From assembly GCA_963792365.1 (NCBI GenBank), contig CAWBVW010000008.1, positions 132,243 to 196,242 of the forward strand: a stretch of 64,000 nucleotides of DNA, read 5' to 3'. The stretch comes from an uncultured bacterium (GTDB lineage Bacteria; Actinomycetota; Acidimicrobiia; Spongiisociales; ZC4RG35). Below the pieces are notes generated by a model. That model was not told where the DNA came from and did not search any database. It worked only from the letters and a program-made list of their open reading frames with translations. Below are positions 1-9,881 of this stretch, piece by piece (position 1 is the stretch's first letter; each line of letters opens with the position of its first letter). The translations under genes were made by a program, and so were the position numbers.

Positions 1-1140
1 CCGCCACCATGATCAGGAACAGCCACAGCGGGGTCGACCAGCCGGTCCAAGGCCAGTGAAGGGCTTCAGCAACCACCTCGACGATCTCATCGGCGAGCAC
101 CATGCCCTCGTCGCTGTTCGTCATCACCACCACTGCGTCTCCCAGCTCCGGAAGCGCCCGGAACGAACCTTCGAAGCCCTCGTTGCGGCCTTCGTGCCCG
201 ATGGCGATGCCGCCCTCCTCTTCCCACACCCCGAGCCCAACCGAGCGACCCGGCGTGAGCATCGTGCGGGCCGTGTCGCCATCGATCACCACTCCCGTAC
301 CGTCCCGATATGACCGCATCATGTCGATGACGATCTCGGCGTACTCGGTGGGCGTAGCCCAAAGAGACGCCGCCGCCGTGGCGGCGTAGTCGTGCCAACC
401 AGCGGCGATCGGTACCCCATCCGACCGATAGCCAAACGCCGCCTCCGGCGTGCTGTCCGGATCGAGCAGTTGGAACGTTGCCGTGCCCAACCCGAGTGGC
501 TCGAGCACGTGCATGTCGGCGAGGTCGGCGAAATCCACTCCAGTTGCGTCCTCGACGGCGAGCTGAGCAACCATGAACCCGCCGTTCGAGTACACATACG
601 CGGAGCCCGGCTGGACGATCAGGGAAACCGGTGGCGAGGTGACGCGCTCCCCTGCGTCCAGAACGGCCGGTAGTGGGGGCAACTCCGTCCCCTGGGGGTA
701 GCCGGGCAGCCCGAACTCGTTGAAGCCACCGGTGTGGCTCAGCAGCATGGCGAGGGTGATCACATCCCCCGGCCGGGTCGGAGGCAGTTCCCACCTGGTC
801 AGCATGGAACCGACGTCGGCGTCCAGATCGATCACGCCCTCCTCGGCCAGATCGGCGATGACCATCGCGCTGACCGGCTTCGACAGAGAGGCCGCCTGGA
901 AGAGCGTGCGTTCGTCCACATCTCGGCCCGGCCGGGCTTCCCCGTAGCCAGCAGCCCACACCACCTCGAAGTCGGACACGACGGCGATGCCGACACCGGG
1001 GATCGCATACCGTTCCATGGCATCGATGACCGCCGTTTCGACCTTCGCGGTGTCGAACTCGGCCCCTCCCGACCCGCTGGCAAACACGAACCCACCGGCC
1101 GCAAGGGCGGCCACCGCGAGTACCCAGCGGCCGTATCGCA
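1..1140 (-). CDS. Beta-lactamase-related serine hydrolase (S12/class C-like), secreted; partial, 3' end beyond window start
   Basis: Reverse-complement translation from GTG at 1140 gives VRYGRWVLAVAALAAGG... (signal peptide), an S-x-x-K motif (SLSK) and LLSHTGG. The frame is continuous to position 1. The ORF track does not list it because it uses a GTG start and runs off the edge. Confidence 0.7.
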
Positions 1141-1786
1141 CGAAGCAATACTACCCGCGCGCCCTCAGCCGGAACCCGTCGTCGGTGGCCCCCCGGTCGG
1201 CAAGTGGATCGCCGAGACCACCAGGAACGCCAACGAGTCGAAGCTCCGCCCAGAAGGACACCCACCACCAGGCTCATCGCCGACGACGTCAAGGCGCTCG
1301 TCGCCAGCCTGCAAGATATCACCGCCCCACTGGCCGCAGCGGACCCGGCAGAAGCGGCCAAGGTCTATCCGGAGATGGGGATCGACATCACCTACCACCA
1401 ACACGGCCGGGTCGTCGTCGAATCCTGGGCCGCGTGTCGTCGAGTCTGGTGTTGGAGAAGCGTTCGAGATGTGGACGACACGGAGTCCAGCGCTGGTGAC
1501 ATCGTTCTCGATTGCATAGGGCGATCGCTGCCGTGTGAAGGTGTTTGGGGTGCTGCCACTATCCGGACAAACCGGACGGATGGCTCCACCTGATGGCACC
1601 GGGAATGGAGAGACGACCACCGGTGCCGCGCCCTTCATCACCGACGGTGCCCGAGGGACGCCGCGATCCGGGGAAGCCCCCGACTCGATCGCCGATACGA
1701 AGAGGGGATGAGTCCTGGAGATCATCAAGCTACAAGGGGACCCATGTGAGACCGCTACGCTGGTCACTGGTTCGCAGGGAGTCCCC

Positions 1787-3220
1787 ATGCAACGACGAGT
1801 CTTGCTCCTCAGCATTCTCATGGTACTCGCGGCCTGTGCGGGTTCGGGCACCGCGAACACGACCGACCCGCCGTCGTCAACGACCACCACCATGGACCCC
1901 GCGTCGAGCTTGGTGCCGGAGCCAGCAGGGGTGGCTGGCATCTGGCTCGCCGAGCTTCGCGGCGTCGTACTTCAGTTCCGGATTGATCTGGGACCGGATC
2001 AGGATCTGACGGGCGTTTTCGACAGCCCGCTGGAGGGGGTCACGGATCTGCCGACCACGATCATTGCGGACGGAGCCAACGTGACCATTGAGATTCCGGT
2101 TGCTGCTGTCGTGTTCGAGGCCACGGTAGAAACCGACTCGCTTTCGGGCATTTGGAAACAGGCCGGCGCCGAGGTGCCCGTGTCCTTCACCCGGCAAGTA
2201 GAGCCCTTCACACTCGTCCGAACTCAGGAGCCGCAGCCTCCCTTCCCGTACGAATCCGTTGAGGTGCGGTTCGATAACGGCCCGATCACATTGGGCGGCA
2301 CTCTCGTGATTCCCGAGGGAGCTGGACCGTTCCCGGTGGCGGTGTTGATCAGCGGTTCCGGGCAACAGGATCGAGACGAGTCGATCATGGGTCACAAGCC
2401 GTTCCTGGTGCTAGCGGACTGGCTCGCACGCCGGGGCGTCGCAACCCTGCGCTACGACGATCGCGGTGTAGGCGATTCGGGGGGTAATCCGATTGGAGCC
2501 ACCTCAGCCGACTTTGCTGAAGACGCGTTGGCCGCCGTCGTCTTCCTCGCCGATGATGAGCGGTTCTCGGCCATCGGCTTGATCGGGCACAGCGAAGGGG
2601 GACTCATCGCACCCATGGTGGCAGCCGAGGCCGACGTGGCTTTCACGGTGCTGCTCGCCGGACCCGGTGTGCCCGGGTCCGAAGTGCTGGCACAGCAAAC
2701 CGAAGACTTGATGAGCGCCGAGGGCGCTTCTCGTAGTGCTGTCGACTGGCGGGTCGGGTGGGGAACGGAGGTCATTGCGCTCGCCGCATCGGATTTGGAC
2801 TCAGCCGAAGTCGCCGCCGAGATCCGTGGGGTCCTGGAAGCAGCCGCGGATGATGTCCCGCCGGGGCTGGAACAAATGGTGAACGACGCTGCAATCGAGG
2901 AGACGGTGGCCGCATTCACCGATCCGTGGATGCGCTACTTCCTGGCCTATAACCCACAGTCCGCACTCGAGGCGCTGACTATTCCGGTGCTGGCGCTGAT
3001 CGGCGATCTCGACCTGCAGGTGTCGGCAGAGCTCAATATCCCGGCGCTCGAAGCGGCGCTCGCCGGCAACTCAGACGCCACCGTCATCGAACTCGACGGA
3101 CTCAACCATCTGTTCCAGACAGCTACCACTGGTGCCGTATCCGAGTACGGGCAGATCGAAGAGACGTTCGCCCCGGAAGCGATGGAGCTGGTGTCAGACT
3201 GGATCCTGGAGCGCTTCTGA
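1787..3220 (+). CDS. Alpha/beta hydrolase family lipoprotein (dienelactone-hydrolase/S9-like fold)
   Basis: 477-aa ORF. N-terminus has a lipobox (LAACAGSG), a Thr/Pro-rich linker and a GHSEGG nucleophile elbow (GxSxG). Confidence 0.75.
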   Translation: MQRRVLLLSILMVLAACAGSGTANTTDPPSSTTTTMDPASSLVPEPAGVAGIWLAELRGVVLQFRIDLGPDQDLTGVFDSPLEGVTDLPTTIIADGANVTIEIPVAAVVFEATVETDSLSGIWKQAGAEVPVSFTRQVEPFTLVRTQEPQPPFPYESVEVRFDNGPITLGGTLVIPEGAGPFPVAVLISGSGQQDRDESIMGHKPFLVLADWLARRGVATLRYDDRGVGDSGGNPIGATSADFAEDALAAVVFLADDERFSAIGLIGHSEGGLIAPMVAAEADVAFTVLLAGPGVPGSEVLAQQTEDLMSAEGASRSAVDWRVGWGTEVIALAASDLDSAEVAAEIRGVLEAAADDVPPGLEQMVNDAAIEETVAAFTDPWMRYFLAYNPQSALEALTIPVLALIGDLDLQVSAELNIPALEAALAGNSDATVIELDGLNHLFQTATTGAVSEYGQIEETFAPEAMELVSDWILERF

Positions 3221-3704
3221 CAGCGGGCGACGAGATGACCCTCGGACTTCGACGATTCACTTGCCGACACGGCTGCTGGGCATATCCAAGACACGCCAAC
3301 CAGTCCAGGTCATCAACTGTGCCTGAAGGGGTTGAGGGAGAAACGGAACGAAACGCGTCGGTCGGGTTGGGTGTACAGCGAGCTGGAGTTGGCCTGGTCG
3401 AGGTGCCTGGATTTCGGCCGAGCGAGCGCAATGGTGCGCTCCTTCTCAGGTGACACGACCCTCGCTTGAGCTGAGGTGATCTAGCCCGCTCGACATGTGC
3501 CGTTCGGGGACACTGCGGCGAACTGATCGATATGGCGCGAGATCAGGGCGATCTGGCACGGCAGGGTGCAGTGGCGCAATCGTTCGACTGCAGGTGCAGC
3601 GACGCTCACCAGGGCTCCCGCTGAGGGAAACCGGGTACCGTCGTCCCTTATGTCGCCGTCTACGGTTTTCGGAGTCCGCGAGGTCTGCCGAACATCTTTC
3701 CGGC

Positions 3705-3929
3705 TCAGGATCCTTTGCGCGCTGCGCGCCAACGAGCAGCGAATGCAATCGCCAAGCCCACGACCACGAGGATCGCCGTCGGCGGCACCCAATTGATCAG
3801 GGTGTCCGAAGCGGAATGGCTGGCAGAGTCGATGCGGACGAAGTTGGCGACGGAAGCGACAATTATCACCGCGGCGAGGACCCATCCGAACAGGCCGAGG
3901 CCACGGCCGGTCGGTCGGTCGCACCACAT
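3705..3929 (-). CDS. Small 2-TM membrane protein (hypothetical)
   Basis: 74 aa with two hydrophobic helices. Codon third positions are strongly G/C-biased. Sits downstream of the arginase-family gene on the same strand. Confidence 0.4.
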   Translation of the reverse strand: MWCDRPTGRGLGLFGWVLAAVIIVASVANFVRIDSASHSASDTLINWVPPTAILVVVGLAIAFAARWRAARKGS

Positions 3930-3974
3930 TGTCGTCGGACATCGAAGTCGTTCTCCTTCTGCGTGTCACGCCGC

Positions 3975-4934
3975 CTAACGCCGGGTCGGTGGGACCTGGC
4001 ACTCCTGAGAGTCGCCGGTCCGGGCGACCTTGTCGTACAACATGTCGTCCTGATGCGCGGTGACCAGGTTCTCGAGGTAGGCGACGATCAGTTCGGCGTT
4101 GGTTCCCTGGTCGAGGTCGGGGTTGTAGATCACCACCGAGGCGCCAACGCAGCCACCCTTCCCCACCGCAGCGGCGGTGAGTTCATGAAGCTGGGCCCAG
4201 GTGAGGCCGCCGCTTTGGGGATAGTCAACCGCCGGGAGGGCGTCGGTCGACAGCACGTCCAGGTCGACGTGCAGCCACCAATGACGGGAGCGTTGTTGCA
4301 GCTTCGCGACGGCGCTGGCAGCGATCTGTTCCAGATCACCGTTGGCGAGATCGTGGCCCGAGACCATGCGGACTCGAGGTGCAATGGATTCGACCGACGC
4401 ACTCGACAGTTCCGCGTGGTCTCTTGGGCCGAGGACCACGACCTGATCCGGGTCAACCAGAGGCATGTGCTGGTCAAGAGCTGCGGGTGCATGGTGTAAC
4501 CCGACCGCGATCCCCAGCTCGCAATCAGCCGCGTCCCCGGTCAGGCTCTCGTGCGGTGGCCAGGCGTCTTCGTGTCCATCGACAAACAGCAAGCCAACGG
4601 TGTCCTCTGCAAGCCGCATCCCAAGCAGCACACCGAGCAGCACAGCACAATCGCCGCCCACAACCAACGGCCACCACCCTTCCGCGACCGTCTCGGCTGT
4701 GACGGCAGCGAGGTTCTCTACCATCGAGACCAGCGACCCTTCGGCCAGCAACCCGCTAGGGCCTCGGACCGGGTCGGCACGCTCAAACGAGACCTGGTGA
4801 CCGATCACATCAGCGCGTGTGCGAAGGGCCTCATACATGCCGGCGCCGATCAGCGCAGCAGGCATACGGGCTACACCGTCGGCTGTTCCCGACGAATTGA
4901 AGGGAACCTCAACGACCGTGACACGACCAACCAC
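3975..4934 (-). CDS. Arginase/agmatinase/formiminoglutamase-family ureohydrolase
   Basis: 319 aa. Mn-binding motifs typical of the arginase fold (GGDCAV, DCELGIAVG, HVDLDVLSTDALPAVDY). Confidence 0.75.
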   Translation of the reverse strand: MVGRVTVVEVPFNSSGTADGVARMPAALIGAGMYEALRTRADVIGHQVSFERADPVRGPSGLLAEGSLVSMVENLAAVTAETVAEGWWPLVVGGDCAVLLGVLLGMRLAEDTVGLLFVDGHEDAWPPHESLTGDAADCELGIAVGLHHAPAALDQHMPLVDPDQVVVLGPRDHAELSSASVESIAPRVRMVSGHDLANGDLEQIAASAVAKLQQRSRHWWLHVDLDVLSTDALPAVDYPQSGGLTWAQLHELTAAAVGKGGCVGASVVIYNPDLDQGTNAELIVAYLENLVTAHQDDMLYDKVARTGDSQECQVPPTRR

Positions 4935-5020
4935 ACGACCAGCCTAAAGGCCCTTCGGAGCGCAGGACTCGCCGCTGCACTCTCAGTAGTCGTCGCCCGG
5001 CGAGTCTTCCGCACGCATTC

Positions 5021-5232
5021 GTGCGGCTCGGCGCTATTCGGCCATGGGAGCGTTCTGGCCTGATATCTGTTGATCGGGGGCCGGGGCCATCTTGGGCGGC
5101 CGGCTGTCGGGCGACTTGCGATCCTCAGGGCGGGGTCGACTGGTTGGACTCGGCCGAGTGGGGATCCCCGTGATCACCGACCCTCGGCGTGCCAAGCTTC
5201 GTGAAGGTCGTTGTCGATTTGGGCTGGACGTG
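5021..5232. repeat. ~212-bp intergenic repeat, copy A (upstream of yciI-like/sigma operon)
   Basis: Near-identical to 6957-7168, with only a few mismatches. Starts at cggctcggcgctattcggccatgggagcgttctggcc. Confidence 0.9.
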
Positions 5233-5282
5233 CGCGTCATAGGTGCGTCGGCGGCGGTAGCCGGCCATGGAAGAAGGAGATG

Positions 5283-5639
5283 GATGTGAAGTATTTCGTT
5301 CTGCTCGCCGGATACGGTGAGATGCCTTCGTGGGATGAGCTGTCTGCTGAGGAGCAGGAGGCGGGGATGGCCAAGCACGTCGCTTTCGATGAGGCGTGCG
5401 CAGCCAGGCCAGGAGTGGAGATTGTGGGCGGGGAGGCGTTGGGGGACGGCTCGATGGCCACGACACTGCGCACCCGGGATGGTGAGATGACGGTCACCGA
5501 TGGCCCGTTCGCCGAGGCAGCCGAGCAGATCGGAGGGTATTACGTTGTCGATGCGCCCGACCTCGACACGTTGATCGAGCTGTGCCGGATCCTGCCTGCC
5601 TATGACATCGACATCCGACCGGTCCTTGACGCCCCCTGA
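5283..5639 (+). CDS. YciI-like (DGPF domain) protein
   Basis: MDVKYFVLLAGYGEM...DGPFAEAAEQIGGYYVVDAPDLDTLIELC. A gaaggag RBS lies before the ATG at 5283. The ORF-track start at 5211 falls inside the repeat. Confidence 0.8.
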   Translation, partial: DVKYFVLLAGYGEMPSWDELSAEEQEAGMAKHVAFDEACAARPGVEIVGGEALGDGSMATTLRTRDGEMTVTDGPFAEAAEQIGGYYVVDAPDLDTLIELCRILPAYDIDIRPVLDAP

Positions 5640-6873
5640 CCGGGTCATTGAGGAGGTCTACCGGGCCGAGTGGGGCCGGTTGTTGTCGCTGCTGGTGGCG
5701 CGGACTCGGCGCCTCGACCTGGTGGAGGATGCTCTGGGTGAGGCTTTCGTTCGGGCGGCGGATCGTTGGCCGGATGAAGGGGTGCCGACCAATCCCGCTG
5801 GTTGGTTGTACACCACCGCCTACCGGCAGGTTGTTGGGCGGCTCAGGGCCGAGGGTGTCGCCGGGCGCAAGGCGCCGCTGCTTGCGGTCCGGCCCGATTG
5901 GGCGCCGTCCGACGATGCACAGGGAGAGCTCGCCGACGATCGGCTGCACCTCATTCTGTTGTGCTGTCATCCGGCGCTCCCCAAGGAATCACGCTCGGCG
6001 CTTGCGCTCCGCCTCGTCCTAGGGACACCGACTGAGCAGATCGCCCGCCTGTTTCTCGTCCCGACCGCAACGATGGCGGCGCGCCTGACACGAGCGAAGA
6101 AGAAGATCGCGGGTGCGGGCATCCCGCTTGGTGCTCCACTCGAGGACGAGCTCAGATCACGGCTCGACGAGGTGTGCCGCACCACTTACCTGGCGTTCAC
6201 CGCCGGGTACACCCCAGGTACAGGGCCCGACCTGTTGCGGGCCGACCTGGCGGGAGAAGCCGTACGGCTCGCCGCCGTGCTGGCTGACCTTCTGCCCGAC
6301 GCTGCTCAGGTTCGAGCACTGCTGGCGTTGTTGCTGCTGCAGCACTCGAGGCGTGACGCCCGGCAACGCCACGGCCACATGGTGACCCTCGCCGACCAAG
6401 ACCGCTCGCTGTGGCATCACCACGAGATACGAGCCGGGCTCACCCTCATTGGCGGCCTCGAACCAGGCGAGGGATACGCCGAAGAACTCCGACTTCAAGC
6501 CCTCATCGCAGCCGAACACGCGCGGGCACCTTCCGCTGCCGAGACGGACTGGACAGCGATCGCCGGCCACTACGCCGTCCTCGAAGCACGAACCGGATCG
6601 GCGATCGTGCGACTCAATCGCGCCGTCGCAGTCGCCGAGGCCCAGGGCCCCCGGGCCGGCCTCGATCTCCTCCAGGGACTAGACGAAGCCCTTTCTGGCA
6701 ATCACCGAGTCGCCGCTGTTCGCGCCGAATTCGCTCGACGAGTAGGCGACATCGACCTGGCGCGGGTCTCCTACGGCGAAGCGATCGAGCTCTGCACCAA
6801 CGAAGTTGAGAGAGCCCACATCCGCAACCGGCTCGATGAGCTCCCAGCCGTTGATCGACAAGCACGCATGTGA
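5602..6873 (+). CDS. ECF sigma factor with long C-terminal TPR-like extension (ECF42-like)
   Basis: 423 aa. N-terminal sigma-70 regions 2 and 4 (VIEEVYRAEWGRLLSLLVAR...), then a ~250-aa C-terminal extension. Overlaps the preceding yciI-like gene by 38 bp, the classic DGPF-ECF42 pairing. Start may be slightly downstream. Confidence 0.8.
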   Translation: MTSTSDRSLTPPDRVIEEVYRAEWGRLLSLLVARTRRLDLVEDALGEAFVRAADRWPDEGVPTNPAGWLYTTAYRQVVGRLRAEGVAGRKAPLLAVRPDWAPSDDAQGELADDRLHLILLCCHPALPKESRSALALRLVLGTPTEQIARLFLVPTATMAARLTRAKKKIAGAGIPLGAPLEDELRSRLDEVCRTTYLAFTAGYTPGTGPDLLRADLAGEAVRLAAVLADLLPDAAQVRALLALLLLQHSRRDARQRHGHMVTLADQDRSLWHHHEIRAGLTLIGGLEPGEGYAEELRLQALIAAEHARAPSAAETDWTAIAGHYAVLEARTGSAIVRLNRAVAVAEAQGPRAGLDLLQGLDEALSGNHRVAAVRAEFARRVGDIDLARVSYGEAIELCTNEVERAHIRNRLDELPAVDRQARM

Positions 6874-6956
6874 GCACCCGGGCGGAGTGCGAACGTGCAA
6901 GCGTCGCCACGCTGCGTAGCTCTCGCCATCGACCCCAGGCAAGAGCGTATGTGTCG

Positions 6957-7168
6957 GCTCGGCGCTATTCGGCCATGGGAGCGTTCTGGCCTGATATCTG
7001 TTGATCGGGGGCCGGGACCATCTTGGGCGGCCGGCTGTCGGGCGACTTGCGATCCTCAGGGCGGGGTCGACTGGTTGGACTCGGCCGAGTGGGGATCCCC
7101 GTGATCACCGACCCTCGGCGTGCCAGGCTTCGTGATGGTCGTTGTCGATTTGGGCTGAACGTGCACTG
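6957..7168. repeat. ~212-bp intergenic repeat, copy B (downstream of sigma gene)
   Basis: Near-identical direct repeat of 5021-5232. Confidence 0.9.
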
Positions 7169-7469
7169 AAGCCTTCCAACGGGACGTTCTACGGCACATG
7201 GCCAGCGAGGCCTGACGGCAGACGAGTCGACTCACCAACCACGGACAGCGACCAGAGCACCCGAACGACCAGAGCTTGAAGTGCCGCTCGGGGAGACTTG
7301 GCGAAGTGCTCGTTATCGCGCCGTATTCGGTGATCGGTGCGTCCCTTGGTTGTCGAGATCGATCGCTGTAAGCACCGGAACGTCGACCAAGCGGCAGGCG
7401 CGACGAAGTATCGGCAAGCGTCGATCTTGCGTGACTACAGGCATCAAGCCCCTCGGACGGCTGGGTATA

Positions 7470-8405
7470 GTGTCGGTGCCCTCAGCGTCTGGATATCGTG
7501 TGCTGAAGTCAAAGAACCGTTCCGGTCGTGTCTCCTGGGAGGGGTACATCACGGTCAATGGTGTGGCGCACTTCTATAGGACGGTTGGTCACGGAGAGCC
7601 GTTTGTTGTCCTTCATGGCGGTCCTGGCATGTGGCACGATGAGCTGTTCCCCTACTTCGACGACTTGGCTCGAGACCATCAGGTGATCTTCTACGACCAG
7701 CGTGGAAATGGCAGATCCCTCATGCCCGAGATCACGAAGGAGAACTTCACCGTTGACTGGTTGGTGTCAGACCTCGACGAACTTCGCAACGCCTGGGGGT
7801 TCGATCGGCTCGGCATCATCGGGCACTCGTGGGGCGGACTGCTCGGAATGTACTACGCGACCAGACACCCAAAGCGGGTCAAACGTCTGGTCCTTGTCGA
7901 TGCAGCCCCGATCAATACGGATCTCCTCATACAGTCCTACCGTGCGCTGGTCGATCGGTTCCCTACTGGCGAATGGGAACGTCTCGAGGCGATGTACGGA
8001 AGCGATGCATACCAGGCGGGTGACCCAGCGTGCCTCAACGCAGCGATGAGATTGTCCGAGGGACCCACGTTCCACGTCCCTGCTGCACGGGAGGAGTACT
8101 TCGACCTCGTGGCCTTCGACGCCGTCACGGCAAGAAACATGGTCGCAATAGCCGAACCGGCACAGATCATCAAGCAGCGTGTGACTGTTCAAGACGATCT
8201 GAGCAAGATCGATTGCCCGACCCTGATCGTGCACGGTGCCGAGGACTTCATCGTGCCGGAAGCCCCCAGGTTGGCTCAAGAACTCATTCCCGGAGCCGCA
8301 CTCGCCGTCATACCTGACAGCGGTCACTACCCGTTCATCGAACAGCCGGAAGCGTTCACCCAGGCACTGCGGTCCTTCATCGAAACCGCCGCAGCCAGCG
8401 ACTGA
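7470..8405 (+). CDS. Alpha/beta hydrolase, proline-iminopeptidase-like
   Basis: HGGPGMWHDE, GHSWGG nucleophile elbow, C-terminal HYPFIEQPE. The ORF-track start at 7281 gives an implausible Arg-rich N-terminus. In-frame GTGs at 7470, 7476 and 7500 are more likely starts. Confidence 0.7.
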   Translation: MSVPSASGYRVLKSKNRSGRVSWEGYITVNGVAHFYRTVGHGEPFVVLHGGPGMWHDELFPYFDDLARDHQVIFYDQRGNGRSLMPEITKENFTVDWLVSDLDELRNAWGFDRLGIIGHSWGGLLGMYYATRHPKRVKRLVLVDAAPINTDLLIQSYRALVDRFPTGEWERLEAMYGSDAYQAGDPACLNAAMRLSEGPTFHVPAAREEYFDLVAFDAVTARNMVAIAEPAQIIKQRVTVQDDLSKIDCPTLIVHGAEDFIVPEAPRLAQELIPGAALAVIPDSGHYPFIEQPEAFTQALRSFIETAAASD

Positions 8406-8583
8406 CCACCCTCGATCGGCACGACCTCGCATAGGGGGCGATCGAGGACAACAACGGTCACCGTGCGCGTTCGGTAGCCCGCCCGCAGTCTTGCCCCTAT
8501 GTGCTATCCGGGAGTCGGTGTGTTATCGCGCGGGATCTTTCGATCGGGTTCACACGACCAACCGTTACATGTAACATCGGGTC

Positions 8584-8805
8584 ATGGCCACACCACGCGA
8601 AGATCCCTCCGTCACGCGACGAGTCCGCAGCTACCGACAGCGGATGCGCGCGCAAGGCATGCGCCCGATCCAGATGTGGGTCGCCGACGTTCGCGCTCCC
8701 GGCTTCCCGGCAGAAGCACACCGCCAATCGGCAGCGGTTGCCGGCAGCGACCACGCCGCCGACGATCAAGCGTTCATCGATGCAGTGAGCCTCGACGAAG
8801 CGTGA
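8584..8805 (+). CDS. Type II antitoxin, DUF3018-like
   Basis: 73 aa: RVRSYRQRMRAQGMRPIQMWVADVRAPGFPAEAHRQSAAVAGS...DQAFIDAVS. Its stop overlaps the start of the PemK-like gene (GTGA). Confidence 0.6.
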   Translation: MATPREDPSVTRRVRSYRQRMRAQGMRPIQMWVADVRAPGFPAEAHRQSAAVAGSDHAADDQAFIDAVSLDEA

Positions 8806-9134
8806 GACGCGCCGAGATCTGGACGGCTGCCGCAGGCAGCGGCTACACCGGCAAGCCGCGCCCGGTGGTGATCATCCAAGACGACCGCTTCGATGCGACA
8901 GGTTCGGTGACCGTGTGCGCCTTCACCACCGACCCGACCGAGGCACCGCTGATTCGACTGCCCATCGTGCCCGACGATCAGAACGGCCTGCGAATGCCCT
9001 GCAGCGTGATGGTCGACAAGATCACCACAGTGCCACGCACAAAGCTTGGCGAGCGAGTCGGACGTCTCGCCGACGAAGACATGGTCAGGCTGGGCCGAGC
9101 CATCGTGGTCTTCTTCGGACTGGCAGGCAGCTGA
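8802..9134 (+). CDS. PemK/MazF-family toxin (endoribonuclease)
   Basis: GTG at 8802 is in frame with ORF 8499-9134. VRRAEIWTAAAGSGYTGKPRPVVIIQDDRF...MPCSVMVDKITTVPRTKL matches the PemK fold signature. Confidence 0.7.
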   Translation: MRRAEIWTAAAGSGYTGKPRPVVIIQDDRFDATGSVTVCAFTTDPTEAPLIRLPIVPDDQNGLRMPCSVMVDKITTVPRTKLGERVGRLADEDMVRLGRAIVVFFGLAGS

Positions 9135-9159
9135 CTGACCCGATCATGGATGTGCCGCT

Positions 9160-9260
9160 CGGCGCTATTCACCGTGGCGAGCGTTGTGGCTCGGTATCAG
9201 ATGATCGGCGTGGCGGGCGGTACGTGGTCCTGCCTGCGCATGTGGCGACATGCGCGGGTG
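9160..9260. repeat. Diverged partial copy C of the 212-bp repeat
   Basis: Shares an identical 14-mer (gctcggcgctattc), then roughly 65% identity over the next 60 nt to copies A and B. Lies between convergent gene ends. Confidence 0.5.
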
Positions 9261-9881
9261 CTACGTGTGGGACTCGCAGGGAAGCGACTCGTAGTCAATG
9301 CGAAGTAGGCCGCCCCATTCGTCGAAATGCGCTGTGTTGGCGAAACTCACGGGAACGGTTCGGTACCACTGCGTGCCCTCGCCCTGACCCTCGAAGACCT
9401 CGAAGTGAAGATGCGGCACCGCAGTGCCCGTTGTTCCGACAAGCCCGATCACCTGACCTGTGTCGACCTCGTCGCCGACCTCGACCAGGACACCGTCTTC
9501 GCTCATGTGGAGATAGAGCGCCATCGTTCCGTCCTCGTGCAGCACGAAGACCCCGTTCTCGTGACCACCGGTACGGTCGTTGTCGCTGTACTGATCCCTG
9601 ATCTCGGTGACCGCACCACTGCGTGCGGCGGTGATCTCGGCACCGAACGGCATGGAGAAGTCGATCGCAAACCGGCCGCGATGCGTGCCGGTGTCACCCC
9701 ATGTCTGGCTTACCGTTGCGGTCTCTCCGATCGGATAGGGAAGGCAGTACGGAGACGTCGCCGGATCGGGGAAACGCATGAACTCCAGATCCGGGAGGCT
9801 CGATTCCGACGAGCCGGAGCCGCAGCCACTCCCAACGACCACGAGAGCCATGAAGAGGAGGGCGACGAAACGCCGAGCCAT
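9261..9881 (-). CDS. M23 family metallopeptidase lipoprotein (LytM-like)
   Basis: MARRFVALLFMALVVVGSGC lipobox, HENGVFVLHEDG and HLHFEV motifs. Confidence 0.75.
   Translation of the reverse strand: MARRFVALLFMALVVVGSGCGSGSSESSLPDLEFMRFPDPATSPYCLPYPIGETATVSQTWGDTGTHRGRFAIDFSMPFGAEITAARSGAVTEIRDQYSDNDRTGGHENGVFVLHEDGTMALYLHMSEDGVLVEVGDEVDTGQVIGLVGTTGTAVPHLHFEVFEGQGEGTQWYRTVPVSFANTAHFDEWGGLLRIDYESLPCESHT

Noticed and set aside
87-1361. 424-aa ORF on the minus strand, Arg/Gly-rich
   Set aside because: It is in the wrong frame relative to the convincing serine hydrolase, which uses a GTG start at 1140. Its composition is typical of out-of-frame translation of high-GC DNA.
1204-1593. 129-aa ORF in the 1141-1786 intergenic gap
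   Set aside because: No recognisable domain and a weak start context. It could be a remnant, but the evidence is insufficient.
3495-4499. 334-aa plus-strand ORF
   Set aside because: It overlaps the well-supported arginase-family gene on the opposite strand. Low-complexity Arg-rich sequence.
5092-5289. Small ORFs inside the 212-bp repeat (65 aa on the plus strand, 113 and 60 aa on the minus strand)
   Set aside because: They are identical only because the DNA is repeated. Arg/Gly/Pro-rich, with no RBS.
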